A stretch of 64,000 nt of DNA, taken from positions 1,363 through 65,362 of the forward strand of contig DASXCO010000206.1 of the NCBI GenBank assembly GCA_036491125.1, given 5' to 3'. Shown here in pieces: positions 20,227-30,485 of the stretch. The stretch comes from Acidimicrobiales bacterium (GTDB taxonomy: Bacteria > Actinomycetota > Acidimicrobiia > Acidimicrobiales > AC-9). The notes below the pieces were generated by a model. The model worked only from the letters and a program-made list of their open reading frames with translations. It made no database searches and was not told where the DNA came from. The translations under genes were made by a program, and so were the position numbers. Each line of letters starts with the position of its first letter. Positions within the stretch are counted from its first letter, which is position 1.

Positions 20227-20661
20227 TCAGGAACGGTGCCGGTAGACGTTGGTGTCCCGGAGCTCGAACCCCAGGCGGCGATAGAGGCGGTTGGCGGCCT
20301 CCCGGGAGGGCCGGGAGGTGAGGTCGACGCTCCTGACGCCGGCCGCCGCCGCCCGCCGGATGGCCTCCTCGTTGAGGGCCTCGCCGACGCCCCGCCCCCG
20401 GGCGCCGTCGTCGACCACCACGTCCTCGATCCACGCCCGCATCCCTGTCGGGATGCGGAACATCACGAGGGTCAGCGTGCCGACGATCCCGCCCTCGGGC
20501 GGGCGGGCGACGAGCAGCGTGGTCGCCGGAGACGCGACGATCTCGGCCAGCTCGGCCGGGCCCGGAGGCGGCGAGGACGACGACAGCTGGGGCACCAGCC
20601 CGGTGATGGCCTCGACCAGCTCGGCGGAGACCTCGGTCGCCGCCTCGACCCGCACCTCCAC
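20227..20661 (-). CDS. GNAT family N-acetyltransferase
   Basis: 144 aa with an acetyl-CoA-binding motif (VVVDDGARGRGVGEAL) and ANRLYRRLGF. The GTG start directly abuts the TAA stop of the upstream CBS/citrate-synthase gene. Confidence 0.85.
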   Translation of the reverse strand: MEVRVEAATEVSAELVEAITGLVPQLSSSSPPPGPAELAEIVASPATTLLVARPPEGGIVGTLTLVMFRIPTGMRAWIEDVVVDDGARGRGVGEALNEEAIRRAAAAGVRSVDLTSRPSREAANRLYRRLGFELRDTNVYRHRS

Positions 20662-22212
20662 TTACTCGGGGTCGGGCACGGGCTGTGGAGGCGGTGGCCC
20701 CGTGTAGTGGGCGCTCGGGCGGATGAGGCGGTTGTCGCCGGCCTGCTCGAGGATGTGGGCGCACCAGCCGATCGTGCGGCTGCTGGAGAAGGTCGGGGTG
20801 AACAGTGCCCGGGGCAGCCCGCACTCGCTCATCACGACGCCGGCGTAGAACTCGACGTTGGTGTACAGCGATCGGCCCGGCTTGAGCTCGCTGAGCACAC
20901 CCACCACGGTCTGCTCGACCTGTCGGGCGAAGTCCGCCAGCGGCCCGCCGAGGCCGAGGGCCACATCCCGCAGCATGAGCGAGCGGGGGTCGTCGGTCTT
21001 GTAGACCCGATGGCCGAAGCCCATGATCCGCCCGCCCCGCTGGACCACGTCACGGATATAGGCGTCGGCGTTCTCGGGTCGACCGATGGCGTCGAGCATG
21101 TCGAGGGCCCGACTGGGAGCGCCGCCGTGGAGCGGACCGGAGAGCGCGCCGATGGCACCGACCACCGCGGCGCCGAGATCGGCGCCGGTCGAGGTGATGA
21201 CCCGGGCGGTGAACGTCGACGAGTTGAAGCCGTGGTCGATGGTGGAGATGAGGTACTTCTCGAGGGCCCGGGCCTTGGCCGGATCCGGCACCTCTCCGCT
21301 GAGCATGTAGAGGTAGTTGGCCGCGTAGTCGAGCTCCGGGTGCGGCTCGATCGGCTCGTGGCCCTCGCTGAGTCGGTAGAGCGCCATCACGAGCGTCGGG
21401 ACGAGCGCGCACATCCGCATGGCCTCGTCCTCCAGTTCCGAGGCGCCGAGGTCCAGGCTGGCCCGAAAGCCGAGCGAGCTGGCGCTCAGCGACACCGCCG
21501 ACCGCAGCGCGTCGAGCGCCACGAACCGGTCGCCCGCAGCGGCGATGGGGGGCAGCAGCGGACGCACCGAGTCCGGGATCGTGCGGTAGGCGCGCACCCG
21601 CCGGCGTAGCTCCTCACGCTGAGCGGCGGTGGGCAGCTCTCCGAAGAACACGAGGTGCCACACGTCCTCGAGCGAGCGCTTCTCGGCCAGCTCGACGGCG
21701 GAGTACTGGCGGTAGTGGTAAAAGCCCTCGAGGCCGCGAACGTCGCCGATGGTGGTCTCGGCGACGACGACACCCTCGAGGCCCTTGGGGACATCGGTGA
21801 CGGCCTGCTCGACCGGTCGGATCTGGGCGATGCGCATGAGGTCGCGCATCGAGACCACGCCGACCAGCTCGGTGTCCTCGACGACGGGGATGTGCCGGTA
21901 CCCGTGCTCGGCCAGGTTGCGCCACGCCTCGGCGACCTCGACGTGGGGCGACACCGTGTCGGGCCGCTCTGTCATCCACTCGGACACCTTGGTCACGGAC
22001 GCGTCCGCGCCCGAGGCGGCGAAGCGAACGAGGTCGCGCTCGGTCAGGATGCCGACCGGGCGTCGTTCCTCGACGACCACGACCGATCCCAGCCGGTGCT
22101 CGGACATCCGCCCAGCCGCCTCGGCCAGGCTCTCGCGGGGCGCGGCCGTGATGGCGGGGCTGCTCATGACGTCGGCGACGGTACGGGTGCGGGGTCCGGT
22201 GGCGTCGGTCAT
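20662..22212 (-). CDS. CBS-pair domain fused to a citrate synthase-family domain
   Basis: 516 aa. The N-terminal ~130 aa hold two CBS repeats (VADVMSSPAITAAP...GILTERDLVRF and ...GVVSMRDLMRI). The C-terminal ~380 aa are citrate-synthase-like, with GPLHGGAPS and GFGHRVYKTDDPRS. The third catalytic motif reads NVEFYAG rather than NVDFY. Confidence 0.88.
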   Translation of the reverse strand: MTDATGPRTRTVADVMSSPAITAAPRESLAEAAGRMSEHRLGSVVVVEERRPVGILTERDLVRFAASGADASVTKVSEWMTERPDTVSPHVEVAEAWRNLAEHGYRHIPVVEDTELVGVVSMRDLMRIAQIRPVEQAVTDVPKGLEGVVVAETTIGDVRGLEGFYHYRQYSAVELAEKRSLEDVWHLVFFGELPTAAQREELRRRVRAYRTIPDSVRPLLPPIAAAGDRFVALDALRSAVSLSASSLGFRASLDLGASELEDEAMRMCALVPTLVMALYRLSEGHEPIEPHPELDYAANYLYMLSGEVPDPAKARALEKYLISTIDHGFNSSTFTARVITSTGADLGAAVVGAIGALSGPLHGGAPSRALDMLDAIGRPENADAYIRDVVQRGGRIMGFGHRVYKTDDPRSLMLRDVALGLGGPLADFARQVEQTVVGVLSELKPGRSLYTNVEFYAGVVMSECGLPRALFTPTFSSSRTIGWCAHILEQAGDNRLIRPSAHYTGPPPPQPVPDPE

Positions 22213-22295
22213 GAGCCTCCTCTGCGTGGGTCTGGGTCGAGTGTACGGGACCCGCGCCGACGGGTCTTCGGCGCCGTGGGCGCTACCGTGGAGCG

Positions 22296-23141
22296 ATGGA
22301 CGCGTTGCGATGGAGCGACCGGCCCACGCTCCGCCGGCCGGTCCTGGTGGCGGCGTTCGAGGGCTGGAACGACGCCGCCGACGCCGCCACCACTGCGGCC
22401 CGCTACCTGGCCCGATCGTGGTCGGCGCGCCCGTTCGCCGAGCTGGACCCGGAGGAGTTCTTCGACTTCACCGCGACCCGACCGCAGGTCCGCCTCGACG
22501 AAGAGACCACCCGGCACATCGAGTGGCCGGCGAACACCTTCACCTCCGCCGCCCTCCCCGGCCGGGCGCGCGACGTCGTCTTCCTGCACGGCACCGAGCC
22601 CCAGCTGCGCTGGCGGACGTTCAGCGAGGTGCTCGCCCACACGGCCAGCGAGCTCGGCGTCGAGCTCGTCGTCACCCTCGGGGCCCTGCTGGCCGAGGTG
22701 GCCCACAGCCGGCCGGTGCGGGTGACGGGCACGGCGGCCGATCCTCAGCTGGTGGCCCGTCTCGGACTGCGGCGCTCGCGCTACGAGGGCCCCACCGGGA
22801 TCGTCGGCGTCCTGCAAGACAGCTTCTCCCGGTCCGGCGTCCCCTCGGCTTCGCTGTGGGCGACCGTCCCCCACTACGTGGGCCAGACACCCTCGCCCAA
22901 GGCCACGCTGGCGCTGGTCGAGCGCACCGCCGCGCTGCTGGGCGCCGGCATCGAGGCCGTCGACCTCCAGATCGCGTCCTCCGCCTACGAGCGTCAGGTC
23001 ACCGAGCTGGTCGACGCCGACGACGAGGCGTCGGCCTACGTGGCCCAGCTGGAGCAGGACGACGACGAGGGTGACGAGATGCCTTCGGGCGATTCCCTGG
23101 CGGCCGAGGTGGAGCGCTTCCTGCGCGATCACGACGACTGA
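22296..23141 (+). CDS. PAC2 (proteasome assembly chaperone 2-like) family protein
   Basis: 281 aa with LVAAFEGWNDAADAA near the N-terminus and an acidic C-terminus. Matches my memory of actinobacterial PAC2-family proteins. Confidence 0.8.
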   Translation: MDALRWSDRPTLRRPVLVAAFEGWNDAADAATTAARYLARSWSARPFAELDPEEFFDFTATRPQVRLDEETTRHIEWPANTFTSAALPGRARDVVFLHGTEPQLRWRTFSEVLAHTASELGVELVVTLGALLAEVAHSRPVRVTGTAADPQLVARLGLRRSRYEGPTGIVGVLQDSFSRSGVPSASLWATVPHYVGQTPSPKATLALVERTAALLGAGIEAVDLQIASSAYERQVTELVDADDEASAYVAQLEQDDDEGDEMPSGDSLAAEVERFLRDHDD

Positions 23142-23166
23142 CACGGGGGCGTCTCGTTTCCGGCGC

Positions 23167-24585
23167 TCAGGCCGAGCGCGTGAAGGGCCTGGGCGCCACC
23201 TGGGGCCAGGGGCGGACCTGCTCGTAGATGCGCGCCAGGCGCAGGACCATGGCGTCGGCGTGGCGACGCCCCATGACCTGGAGGCCGACGGGCAGCCCCG
23301 CCTCGGTGGGTCCGGCCGGCACCGACACGGCGGGGTTCCAGCACAGGTTCCCGACCATGGTGAAGGGCACCACCATGGCGGGGTGGACCTTCTGGCCGGC
23401 GATCTCGCTCGGCATCGGACCGCTGGCGGCGAACGCGGGCACGGCCGTGGCCGGGGTGAGCACCACGTCGACGTCACCGAAGACGGCGGCGACCTCCTGC
23501 TCCAACTGGGCTCGGCGGCGCACGATGCGCGCGTACCTGGGCATGGCGAGGTCGACCGTGGCGTCGAGGGCCAGGCGGCTGAGCGGGTCCATGTCGTCGG
23601 CCTGCTCGGGGTACATGCCCTCCTCGAGGTCCATCCACAGGTCGCCGGCGCCGGACGTGAGCCAGGTCCGCACCGGATCGGTCAGCGTGATCGGACGGTC
23701 GACGAGCTCGAGCCCGGCCGCCTCGGCGAGCGCGAGGGCGGCGGACTCGGTGAGCTCGGAGACCTCCGGATCGACGACGGCGAAGCCGAGGTCCGGCGAC
23801 CACGCCGCCCGCAGGCCAGCCACGTCCAGCTCCTCGATGGCCCGCTCGAAGACGACGCCGGCGGGCGGGAGCGAGGCCCGGTCCCGGTCGTCAGGCCCGG
23901 CGGCCACGTCGAGGTGGCGGGCGGCGTCGGCGACGGACGTCGTCAGTGCGCCGAGACAGCTCGTCTGGGAGGGCGCCGCATCGGGGTGGGGGATGCGGCC
24001 GTAGCTGGCCTTGAAGCCGACCAGCCCGCTGAAGGCGGCGGGGATGCGGGTCGAGCCGCCGCCGTCGCTGGCGGTGCAGAAGGGAACGAGCCCGGCGGCG
24101 ACGGCGGCCGCCGAGCCCCCGCTCGACCCGCCCGGCGTCCGGTCGAGATCCCACGGGTTCGCCGTCGTCCCCCAAGCCCGGGTGCTGGTGAAGCACACGG
24201 TGCCGAACTCCGGTGTCGCCGTCTTGCCGACAGGCACGGCGCCGGCCGCGCGCAGGCGGCGAACGTGGACGGAGTCCTCGGTCACCGGGGGCCTGCCCTT
24301 GAACAGCAGCGAGCCGTACGAGGTGGGCATGCCCGCGCAGTCCTCGAGGTCCTTCACGCCGAAGGGCACGCCGGCGAGGGGACCGGGGTCCTCGCCCCGC
24401 GCCCGGCGGGCGTCGACCTCTTCGGCCGCCTGGCGGGCCAGGTCCAGGTCGAGGTGGACGAAGGCGTTGAGCTTGTCGTCAGCGGCGCCGATGGCGGCGG
24501 CGTGCTGGTCGAGGACCTCGGTGGCCTTTCGCTCACCCTTGCGGACGGCCTCGGCCAGATTCACGACGGTGTCCATGGCGCGCAC
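23167..24585 (-). CDS. amidase (amidase-signature family)
   Basis: 472 aa with the AS-family motif GGSSGGSAAAVAAG and a conserved upstream Lys/Ser context. GTG start. Confidence 0.9.
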   Translation of the reverse strand: MRAMDTVVNLAEAVRKGERKATEVLDQHAAAIGAADDKLNAFVHLDLDLARQAAEEVDARRARGEDPGPLAGVPFGVKDLEDCAGMPTSYGSLLFKGRPPVTEDSVHVRRLRAAGAVPVGKTATPEFGTVCFTSTRAWGTTANPWDLDRTPGGSSGGSAAAVAAGLVPFCTASDGGGSTRIPAAFSGLVGFKASYGRIPHPDAAPSQTSCLGALTTSVADAARHLDVAAGPDDRDRASLPPAGVVFERAIEELDVAGLRAAWSPDLGFAVVDPEVSELTESAALALAEAAGLELVDRPITLTDPVRTWLTSGAGDLWMDLEEGMYPEQADDMDPLSRLALDATVDLAMPRYARIVRRRAQLEQEVAAVFGDVDVVLTPATAVPAFAASGPMPSEIAGQKVHPAMVVPFTMVGNLCWNPAVSVPAGPTEAGLPVGLQVMGRRHADAMVLRLARIYEQVRPWPQVAPRPFTRSA

Positions 24586-24591
24586 GCTAGT

Positions 24592-24697
24592 GGCCGGCCC
24601 GGGAGGCCGGCCGCGGGAGTCAGCCGCTGGCGCTTCAACGCCGAGGCCGGCCCGGGAGGCCGGCCGCGGGAGTCAGCCGCTGGCGCTTCAGTGCCGA
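24592..24697. repeat. 53-bp tandem duplication (2 copies, 2 mismatches) in a divergent intergenic region
   Basis: GGCCGGCCCGGGAGGCCGGCCGCGGGAGTCAGCCGCTGGCGCTTCAACGCCGA at about 24592-24644 repeats at 24645-24697, with CAACG changed to CAGTG. Each copy begins with GGCCGGCC-CGGGA-GGCCGGCC, an 8-bp self-complementary stem. Confidence 0.9.
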
Positions 24698-24718
24698 GGC
24701 GGGCCGTAGGGTGGAGGG

Positions 24719-25192
24719 ATGGCGCCGCTGGCTGCCACGTGCGTGTGGGACGTCACGCCGGAGCTGGTGATCGCCCTCGACGACCGCTTCGGCGAGTCGA
24801 CCGACGCCTACGTGAACGGGTCACAGGTGTGGCTGCGTGACGACGGTCCCCGGGGGGTGACCCTGGAGTGGCGACTGCACCCGGTCGCCGGCTACCAGCG
24901 CCCGCCCGGGGTCGACACCTACTCGGTCTTCTCGTCCGTGGCCCTGGCGCTGGCAACGGGCGCGCCGCCGCCCGCGCCGCCCGAGTCGCTCTGGGACGGG
25001 CTGGAGGCGTTCGCCGCCTACGGCGACGAGCTGGAGCCCGCACCACTCGGCCACGCCGCGACCGAGTCGATCGGGATCACGCCCCGTGCTGTCGGCCTCG
25101 TCGACCACGGCGCCGTGGGCGACGCGTGGGAGCGGAGCCGAGGTCGGCTGTCGGCCGTGGCCCTGCTCCTCGAGCAGCTGGAGACCAGGTAG
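24719..25192 (+). CDS. hypothetical protein
   Basis: 157-aa ORF in a high-GC3 frame. I recognise no family. Confidence 0.6.
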   Translation: MAPLAATCVWDVTPELVIALDDRFGESTDAYVNGSQVWLRDDGPRGVTLEWRLHPVAGYQRPPGVDTYSVFSSVALALATGAPPPAPPESLWDGLEAFAAYGDELEPAPLGHAATESIGITPRAVGLVDHGAVGDAWERSRGRLSAVALLLEQLETR

Positions 25193-25198
25193 GTCCGG

Positions 25199-25888
25199 TT
25201 ACTCGGCGCCCCGCCACGTGGGCTGGCGGGGCTGATCGAACAGCACCTCGAGGGGCTCGCCCCGTATGGCGGCGAAGACGTGGTTCGACCAGAGCTGGGC
25301 CCCGGCGATGGGCTGGGGCAGGTGCTCCTCCGCGAACCACCCCACGTCGGCGCACTCGAGGGGGTGGGCGCGGAGCTCACCTCCGAGGACCCGACAGTGG
25401 AAGATCAGCGAGTACAGCGGCACACGGGTGAAGCCCAGCCGCAGGCCGTCGAGCACGGCGATGAGGCGCACGGGCTCGACCTCCATCCCCGTCTCCTCGT
25501 ACACCTCCTTGACCACGACCTCCGACGCCGAGTAGCCGACGTCCGCCCAGCCGGTCGGGTAGAGCCACACCCCAGAGTCGGCCCGCTTCACCAGCAACAC
25601 CTCGCCCCGGTCGTTGCCGACGATGGCGCCAACGGCGACCTTCGGCGTGACATAGCCGGGGACGCCCTCGCCCACCGAGTCGAGCCACTCCTCGACCGCG
25701 GTGCCGGCGGCGTCCTCGCCCTCGGCGCGGGCGACAACCCGGATGTCGGCCGCCACCTTCAGCACCTCCTCGAAGCGCTCCCGCTCGTAGAGATTGTCAC
25801 TGAAGCCGAGGCCGGTCCGGGCGATGGCGGAAAGGCTCTCGCTCCAGCGGATCAGATCGCGAGGTGAGAGCCGTTCAGCCACTCCCAC
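25199..25888 (-). CDS. NUDIX hydrolase with N-terminal NUDIX-associated domain
   Basis: 229 aa with a Nudix box region (GWADVGYSASEVVVKEVYEETGMEV). The N-terminal ~90 aa resemble the helical domain often found in front of such hydrolases. Confidence 0.85.
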   Translation of the reverse strand: MGVAERLSPRDLIRWSESLSAIARTGLGFSDNLYERERFEEVLKVAADIRVVARAEGEDAAGTAVEEWLDSVGEGVPGYVTPKVAVGAIVGNDRGEVLLVKRADSGVWLYPTGWADVGYSASEVVVKEVYEETGMEVEPVRLIAVLDGLRLGFTRVPLYSLIFHCRVLGGELRAHPLECADVGWFAEEHLPQPIAGAQLWSNHVFAAIRGEPLEVLFDQPRQPTWRGAE

Positions 25889-25907
25889 GAAGCTAGTACC
25901 GGCCCGA

Positions 25908-26369
25908 TCAGGAACCGCCCGCGTGGCGGCGCCGGTGTGCCATGGCCTTGGCCGCGCCCCAGGCCAGTCCCAGCTCGACGAGGTCGGGGTCGACGTCGGC
26001 CAGGGACGCCGGCGCCAGGTCGTAGTCGTCGTCGGGGAAGCTGGACTCGGCGAACCCGTCCCGCCGCACCGGCGGCACCCCCGCAGCGCGTAGCACCTCG
26101 GTCGGGTACCGCACGGCGTGGCGCAGCACGCTGAGCGGCGTGGTCGCCTGGGCGTCGATATCTGTCTCGAGCAGCGTCCTCAGGACGGCCGCCACCTCGG
26201 TCTGCGCCCGCCGGCCGGCGCCCGCCGCCGCCGACATCACCTCATCGTCTGCGGCGCCGTGGTAGTCGAGGAGCCGGCGCTCGACGCAGCGCTCGACCCA
26301 ACCCGGCACGGCGGCCTCGATGCCGTCGAAGAGGGCCTGGGCGTGCTCCTCCATCAGCTCATGTTGCAT
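25908..26369 (-). CDS. hypothetical protein
   Basis: 153-aa ORF with coherent high-GC3 codon usage. No motif recognised. Confidence 0.65.
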   Translation of the reverse strand: MQHELMEEHAQALFDGIEAAVPGWVERCVERRLLDYHGAADDEVMSAAAGAGRRAQTEVAAVLRTLLETDIDAQATTPLSVLRHAVRYPTEVLRAAGVPPVRRDGFAESSFPDDDYDLAPASLADVDPDLVELGLAWGAAKAMAHRRRHAGGS

Positions 26370-26449
26370 GCTGGCTGCGTGCGGCCCAAGCCGGTCACCC
26401 CGGGCCCTGATCAGGAGTCGTTCAAGGGAGAGCCCGGATCGATGGGCTG

Positions 26450-26731
26450 GTGAGGATAACGGCCCTGTCCGTCTTCGAGGGCGTCGTCTACCACTGCCAC
26501 GCCGTCGACCTCGCCAACCCGTGCCGGCCGACGCTCGAGGTCGACGCTGTCACCCGGCCCGGCGATCTCGATGCCGGCCCGCTCCTCGTCACCTGGGCCG
26601 AGTACGTCCGCATGGTCGGCGCCGACGCGGCCCGTCGTTGTGCACCCCGGCTCCGGAGCCAGGGTCGTGTGGTCGAGCACCTCGGGGTGAACCACCTCGC
26701 CTTCCCCACCTGGACGGTGTGCGAGCCCTAG
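26450..26731 (+). CDS. hypothetical small protein
   Basis: 93-aa ORF with a GTG start. Reading the codons by hand, third positions are almost all G/C. The overlapping minus-strand ORF 26411..26803 has its third positions on the first positions of this frame. Confidence 0.45.
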   Translation: MRITALSVFEGVVYHCHAVDLANPCRPTLEVDAVTRPGDLDAGPLLVTWAEYVRMVGADAARRCAPRLRSQGRVVEHLGVNHLAFPTWTVCEP

Positions 26732-26777
26732 GGACCCCCACTGGCTTGACCAGCCCGCCGGACGGCTCTCGGCTCGC

Positions 26778-27614
26778 TCACGGGCGCGCACTCTGCAGCG
26801 CACCGGCGGCCCGGGAGGCCGCCCCGAGGGAACGGTTGAGGTTGCCGGACCGGAAGCCTTCGAGATCGAGCGTCACATACGTGTACCCGGCCTCGCGGAC
26901 CGCGGCGACGATCGCCTCCCGGCACTCGATCGCCCGGGCCAGCTCGGCGCCGTCGAGCTCGATGCGGGCGAGCTCTCCGTAATGGCGGACCCGCAGCTGA
27001 CCGAAGCCGAGCAGGCGGAGGGCCGACTCCGCCCGTGCCACCGACTCGAGGACACCGATGGTGACGGGCGTGCCGTACGGGACCCTCGACGCCAGGCACG
27101 CCGCTGCCGGTTTGTCCCAGGTGCGCAGGCCGAGGAGCTTGGACGCAGCGCGCACGTCCGCCTTGGTGAACCCGGCCTCGACGAGCGGGAACACGGCCCC
27201 GCCCTCCTGCGCCGCCTGCTGTCCGGGGCGATGGTCGCCCAGGTCGTCGACGTTGACACCGAGGGCGACGACAGCGTTCTCGGCGGCGGCGATCGGGCCC
27301 AGGGCCGCCATGAGCTCGGCCTTGCAGTGGTAGCAGCGGGTCCCGTCGTTGGCCGAGTAGTCGGGGTTCGCCAGCTCGTCGGTCGCCACCGAGGTCCAGC
27401 GCAGTCCCCACTCGGCGACCAGGGCCTCGCAGTCGGCGAGCTCTTCGGGCGCCAGCGACGGCGAGACCGCGGTGGCGCAGAGGACCCGATCGGGGCCCAG
27501 CGCGTCGGTGGCGATCCGGGCCAGGAAGGCGGAGTCGGCGCCCCCGCTGAACGCGACCACCATGTGACCGTGTCGGCGAAGCTCGTGACGCAGACCGTCG
27601 AGGTCGGGAGCCAT
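26778..27614 (-). CDS. LarE-like PP-loop ATP pyrophosphatase (TIGR00268-type, three conserved Cys)
   Basis: 278 aa from ATG 27614; the rest of the 496-aa ORF is read-through. PP-loop motif VVAFSGGADSAF is present. Cysteines occur in RCYHCK and AAACLASRVPYG. The start overlaps the hemQ stop (ATGA). Confidence 0.85.
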   Translation of the reverse strand: MAPDLDGLRHELRRHGHMVVAFSGGADSAFLARIATDALGPDRVLCATAVSPSLAPEELADCEALVAEWGLRWTSVATDELANPDYSANDGTRCYHCKAELMAALGPIAAAENAVVALGVNVDDLGDHRPGQQAAQEGGAVFPLVEAGFTKADVRAASKLLGLRTWDKPAAACLASRVPYGTPVTIGVLESVARAESALRLLGFGQLRVRHYGELARIELDGAELARAIECREAIVAAVREAGYTYVTLDLEGFRSGNLNRSLGAASRAAGALQSARP

Positions 27615-28297
27615 CACGGGCGGGCGATCTGCTCGAGCACCTCTTCCGTGCCACCGATCAGCCCGGTGTAGAAGGGTCCGAACTCGGCGTACTGGGCCGA
27701 CACCTCGTCGAAGCGCATCGTGTAGACGACATCCTTGAGGTCGTCGGGACGGACCGCGAACAGCGTGACCCCCCACTCGAAGTCGTCGATGCCGGTCGAG
27801 CCGGTGATCAGCTGCAGCACCCGGCCGGCGAAGGTGCGGCCGGTGGCTCCATGGCTTCGCATCAGCGCGTCGCGCTCCTGGTATGGGAGGGCATACCAGT
27901 TCTGGCCCTCGTTGCGGCGCTTGGACATCGGGTAGAAGCAGATGGCCCGCTTGCCCTCGGGCGGCAGCTGCGGGTACAGCCGGGGCCGCTTCATCTCGTC
28001 GGGCATGCCCTGGGCGTACTCCGAGACCTCGGTGAGCGAGACGTAGGAGTCGGTCACCTCGATCCCCGCCGCCTGCAGAGCGGACTGGAAGGCCCGCAGT
28101 CGCCACAGGTCGGGCCCCAGGGCGAGGAAGCCGAGGTCGGCCTTGTGCCCGAGGACGGCGAACGTGACGACCTGCTGGTCGTCGGCCTGGGCCGACTTCA
28201 CGATATTGATCACCGCCTCGCGGCTGACATCGGGACCGCACCTGCCGAACAGATGGAGGACACCCCATCCGGTCGACGGTACGAGGGGCTCCGGCAC
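27614..28297 (-). CDS. hemQ: coproheme decarboxylase (HemQ/ChdC)
   Basis: 227 aa of the chlorite-dismutase family. Motifs: FYPMSKRRNEGQNWY, FEWGVTLF, MRFDEVSAQYAEFGPFYTG. Confidence 0.93.
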   Translation of the reverse strand: MPEPLVPSTGWGVLHLFGRCGPDVSREAVINIVKSAQADDQQVVTFAVLGHKADLGFLALGPDLWRLRAFQSALQAAGIEVTDSYVSLTEVSEYAQGMPDEMKRPRLYPQLPPEGKRAICFYPMSKRRNEGQNWYALPYQERDALMRSHGATGRTFAGRVLQLITGSTGIDDFEWGVTLFAVRPDDLKDVVYTMRFDEVSAQYAEFGPFYTGLIGGTEEVLEQIARP

Positions 28298-28318
28298 GCT
28301 CTCAGTCTACGAGGACGA

Positions 28319-28346
28319 CCGAGGGGCGCCTTGCGGCGCCCCTCGG
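28319..28346 (-). terminator. stem-loop downstream of groEL (putative intrinsic terminator)
   Basis: Perfect 12-bp GC-rich inverted repeat CCGAGGGGCGCC-TTGC-GGCGCCCCTCGG, about 40 nt after the groEL stop. No clear U-tract follows. Confidence 0.6.
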
Positions 28347-28385
28347 TGTCACTCACTCCAGTTGTCCAGCTCGTGGTCGGCGAGG

Positions 28386-30063
<1,678 letters not shown>

Positions 30064-30209
30064 CAGCAAACCACGCACGGGCCCGTTCTGCAACCGGGCC
30101 CCGACGGCCCTGGTGGGTGGTCCGGGCAACGATGCCGGCGGCCCGGGCGAGGCGGGAGAATCCCGCTGTTCCACCACGATCGGCGGACCGATGATTTGGA
30201 GCTCGCTCG

Positions 30210-30485
30210 TCAGCCTCCAGCGACGGCAGGGATGATCGACAGCGTCTGTCCCTCGGGCACCGGGGTATCCAGACCCTGCAGGAAGCGGACGTCCTCGTCG
30301 GCGAGGAACACGTTGACGAACCGGCGCAGCGTCCCGGCGTCGTCGAAGAGCCGCCCGGCGAACCCAGGATGGGAGGCGTCGAGCGCCTTGAGGACCTCAC
30401 CGACGGTGGACCCCTCGACGGCGACCTCGCCGGCGCCGTTGGTCAGAGTGCGGAGCTGGGTCGGCACCCGGACGGTCACGCTCAT
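30210..30485 (-). CDS. MoaD/ThiS/CysO-like sulfur-carrier protein (ends in Gly-Gly)
   Basis: 91 aa (MSVTVRVPTQLRTL...TLSIIPAVAGG-stop). The C-terminal GG has no extension. ATG 30485 overlaps the stop of the ThrC-like gene (ATGA). The 412-aa ORF-track entry is out-of-frame read-through. Confidence 0.85.
   Translation of the reverse strand: MSVTVRVPTQLRTLTNGAGEVAVEGSTVGEVLKALDASHPGFAGRLFDDAGTLRRFVNVFLADEDVRFLQGLDTPVPEGQTLSIIPAVAGG

Noticed and set aside
24592-24697. Tandem repeat as a CRISPR array
   Set aside because: There are only two copies. They are directly contiguous with no spacers, and no cas genes occur anywhere in the window.
26411-26803. 130-aa minus-strand ORF overlapping the 93-aa plus-strand ORF 26450..26731
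   Set aside because: Reading codons by hand, the plus frame has nearly all G/C at third positions. The minus frame places its third positions on the plus frame's first positions. I kept the plus ORF, at low confidence.
26778-28268. 496-aa ORF-track entry treated as one gene
   Set aside because: Its upstream 218 codons overlap hemQ in another frame and are low in complexity. The PP-loop protein starts at ATG 27614.
30064-30209. Promoter hexamers for groEL (TTGCAG ... TTTGCT) and a GGCCCG-N9-CGGGCC hairpin
   Set aside because: The -10 candidate does not fit TANNNT and the hairpin is short. I could not support either beyond the CIRCE call.
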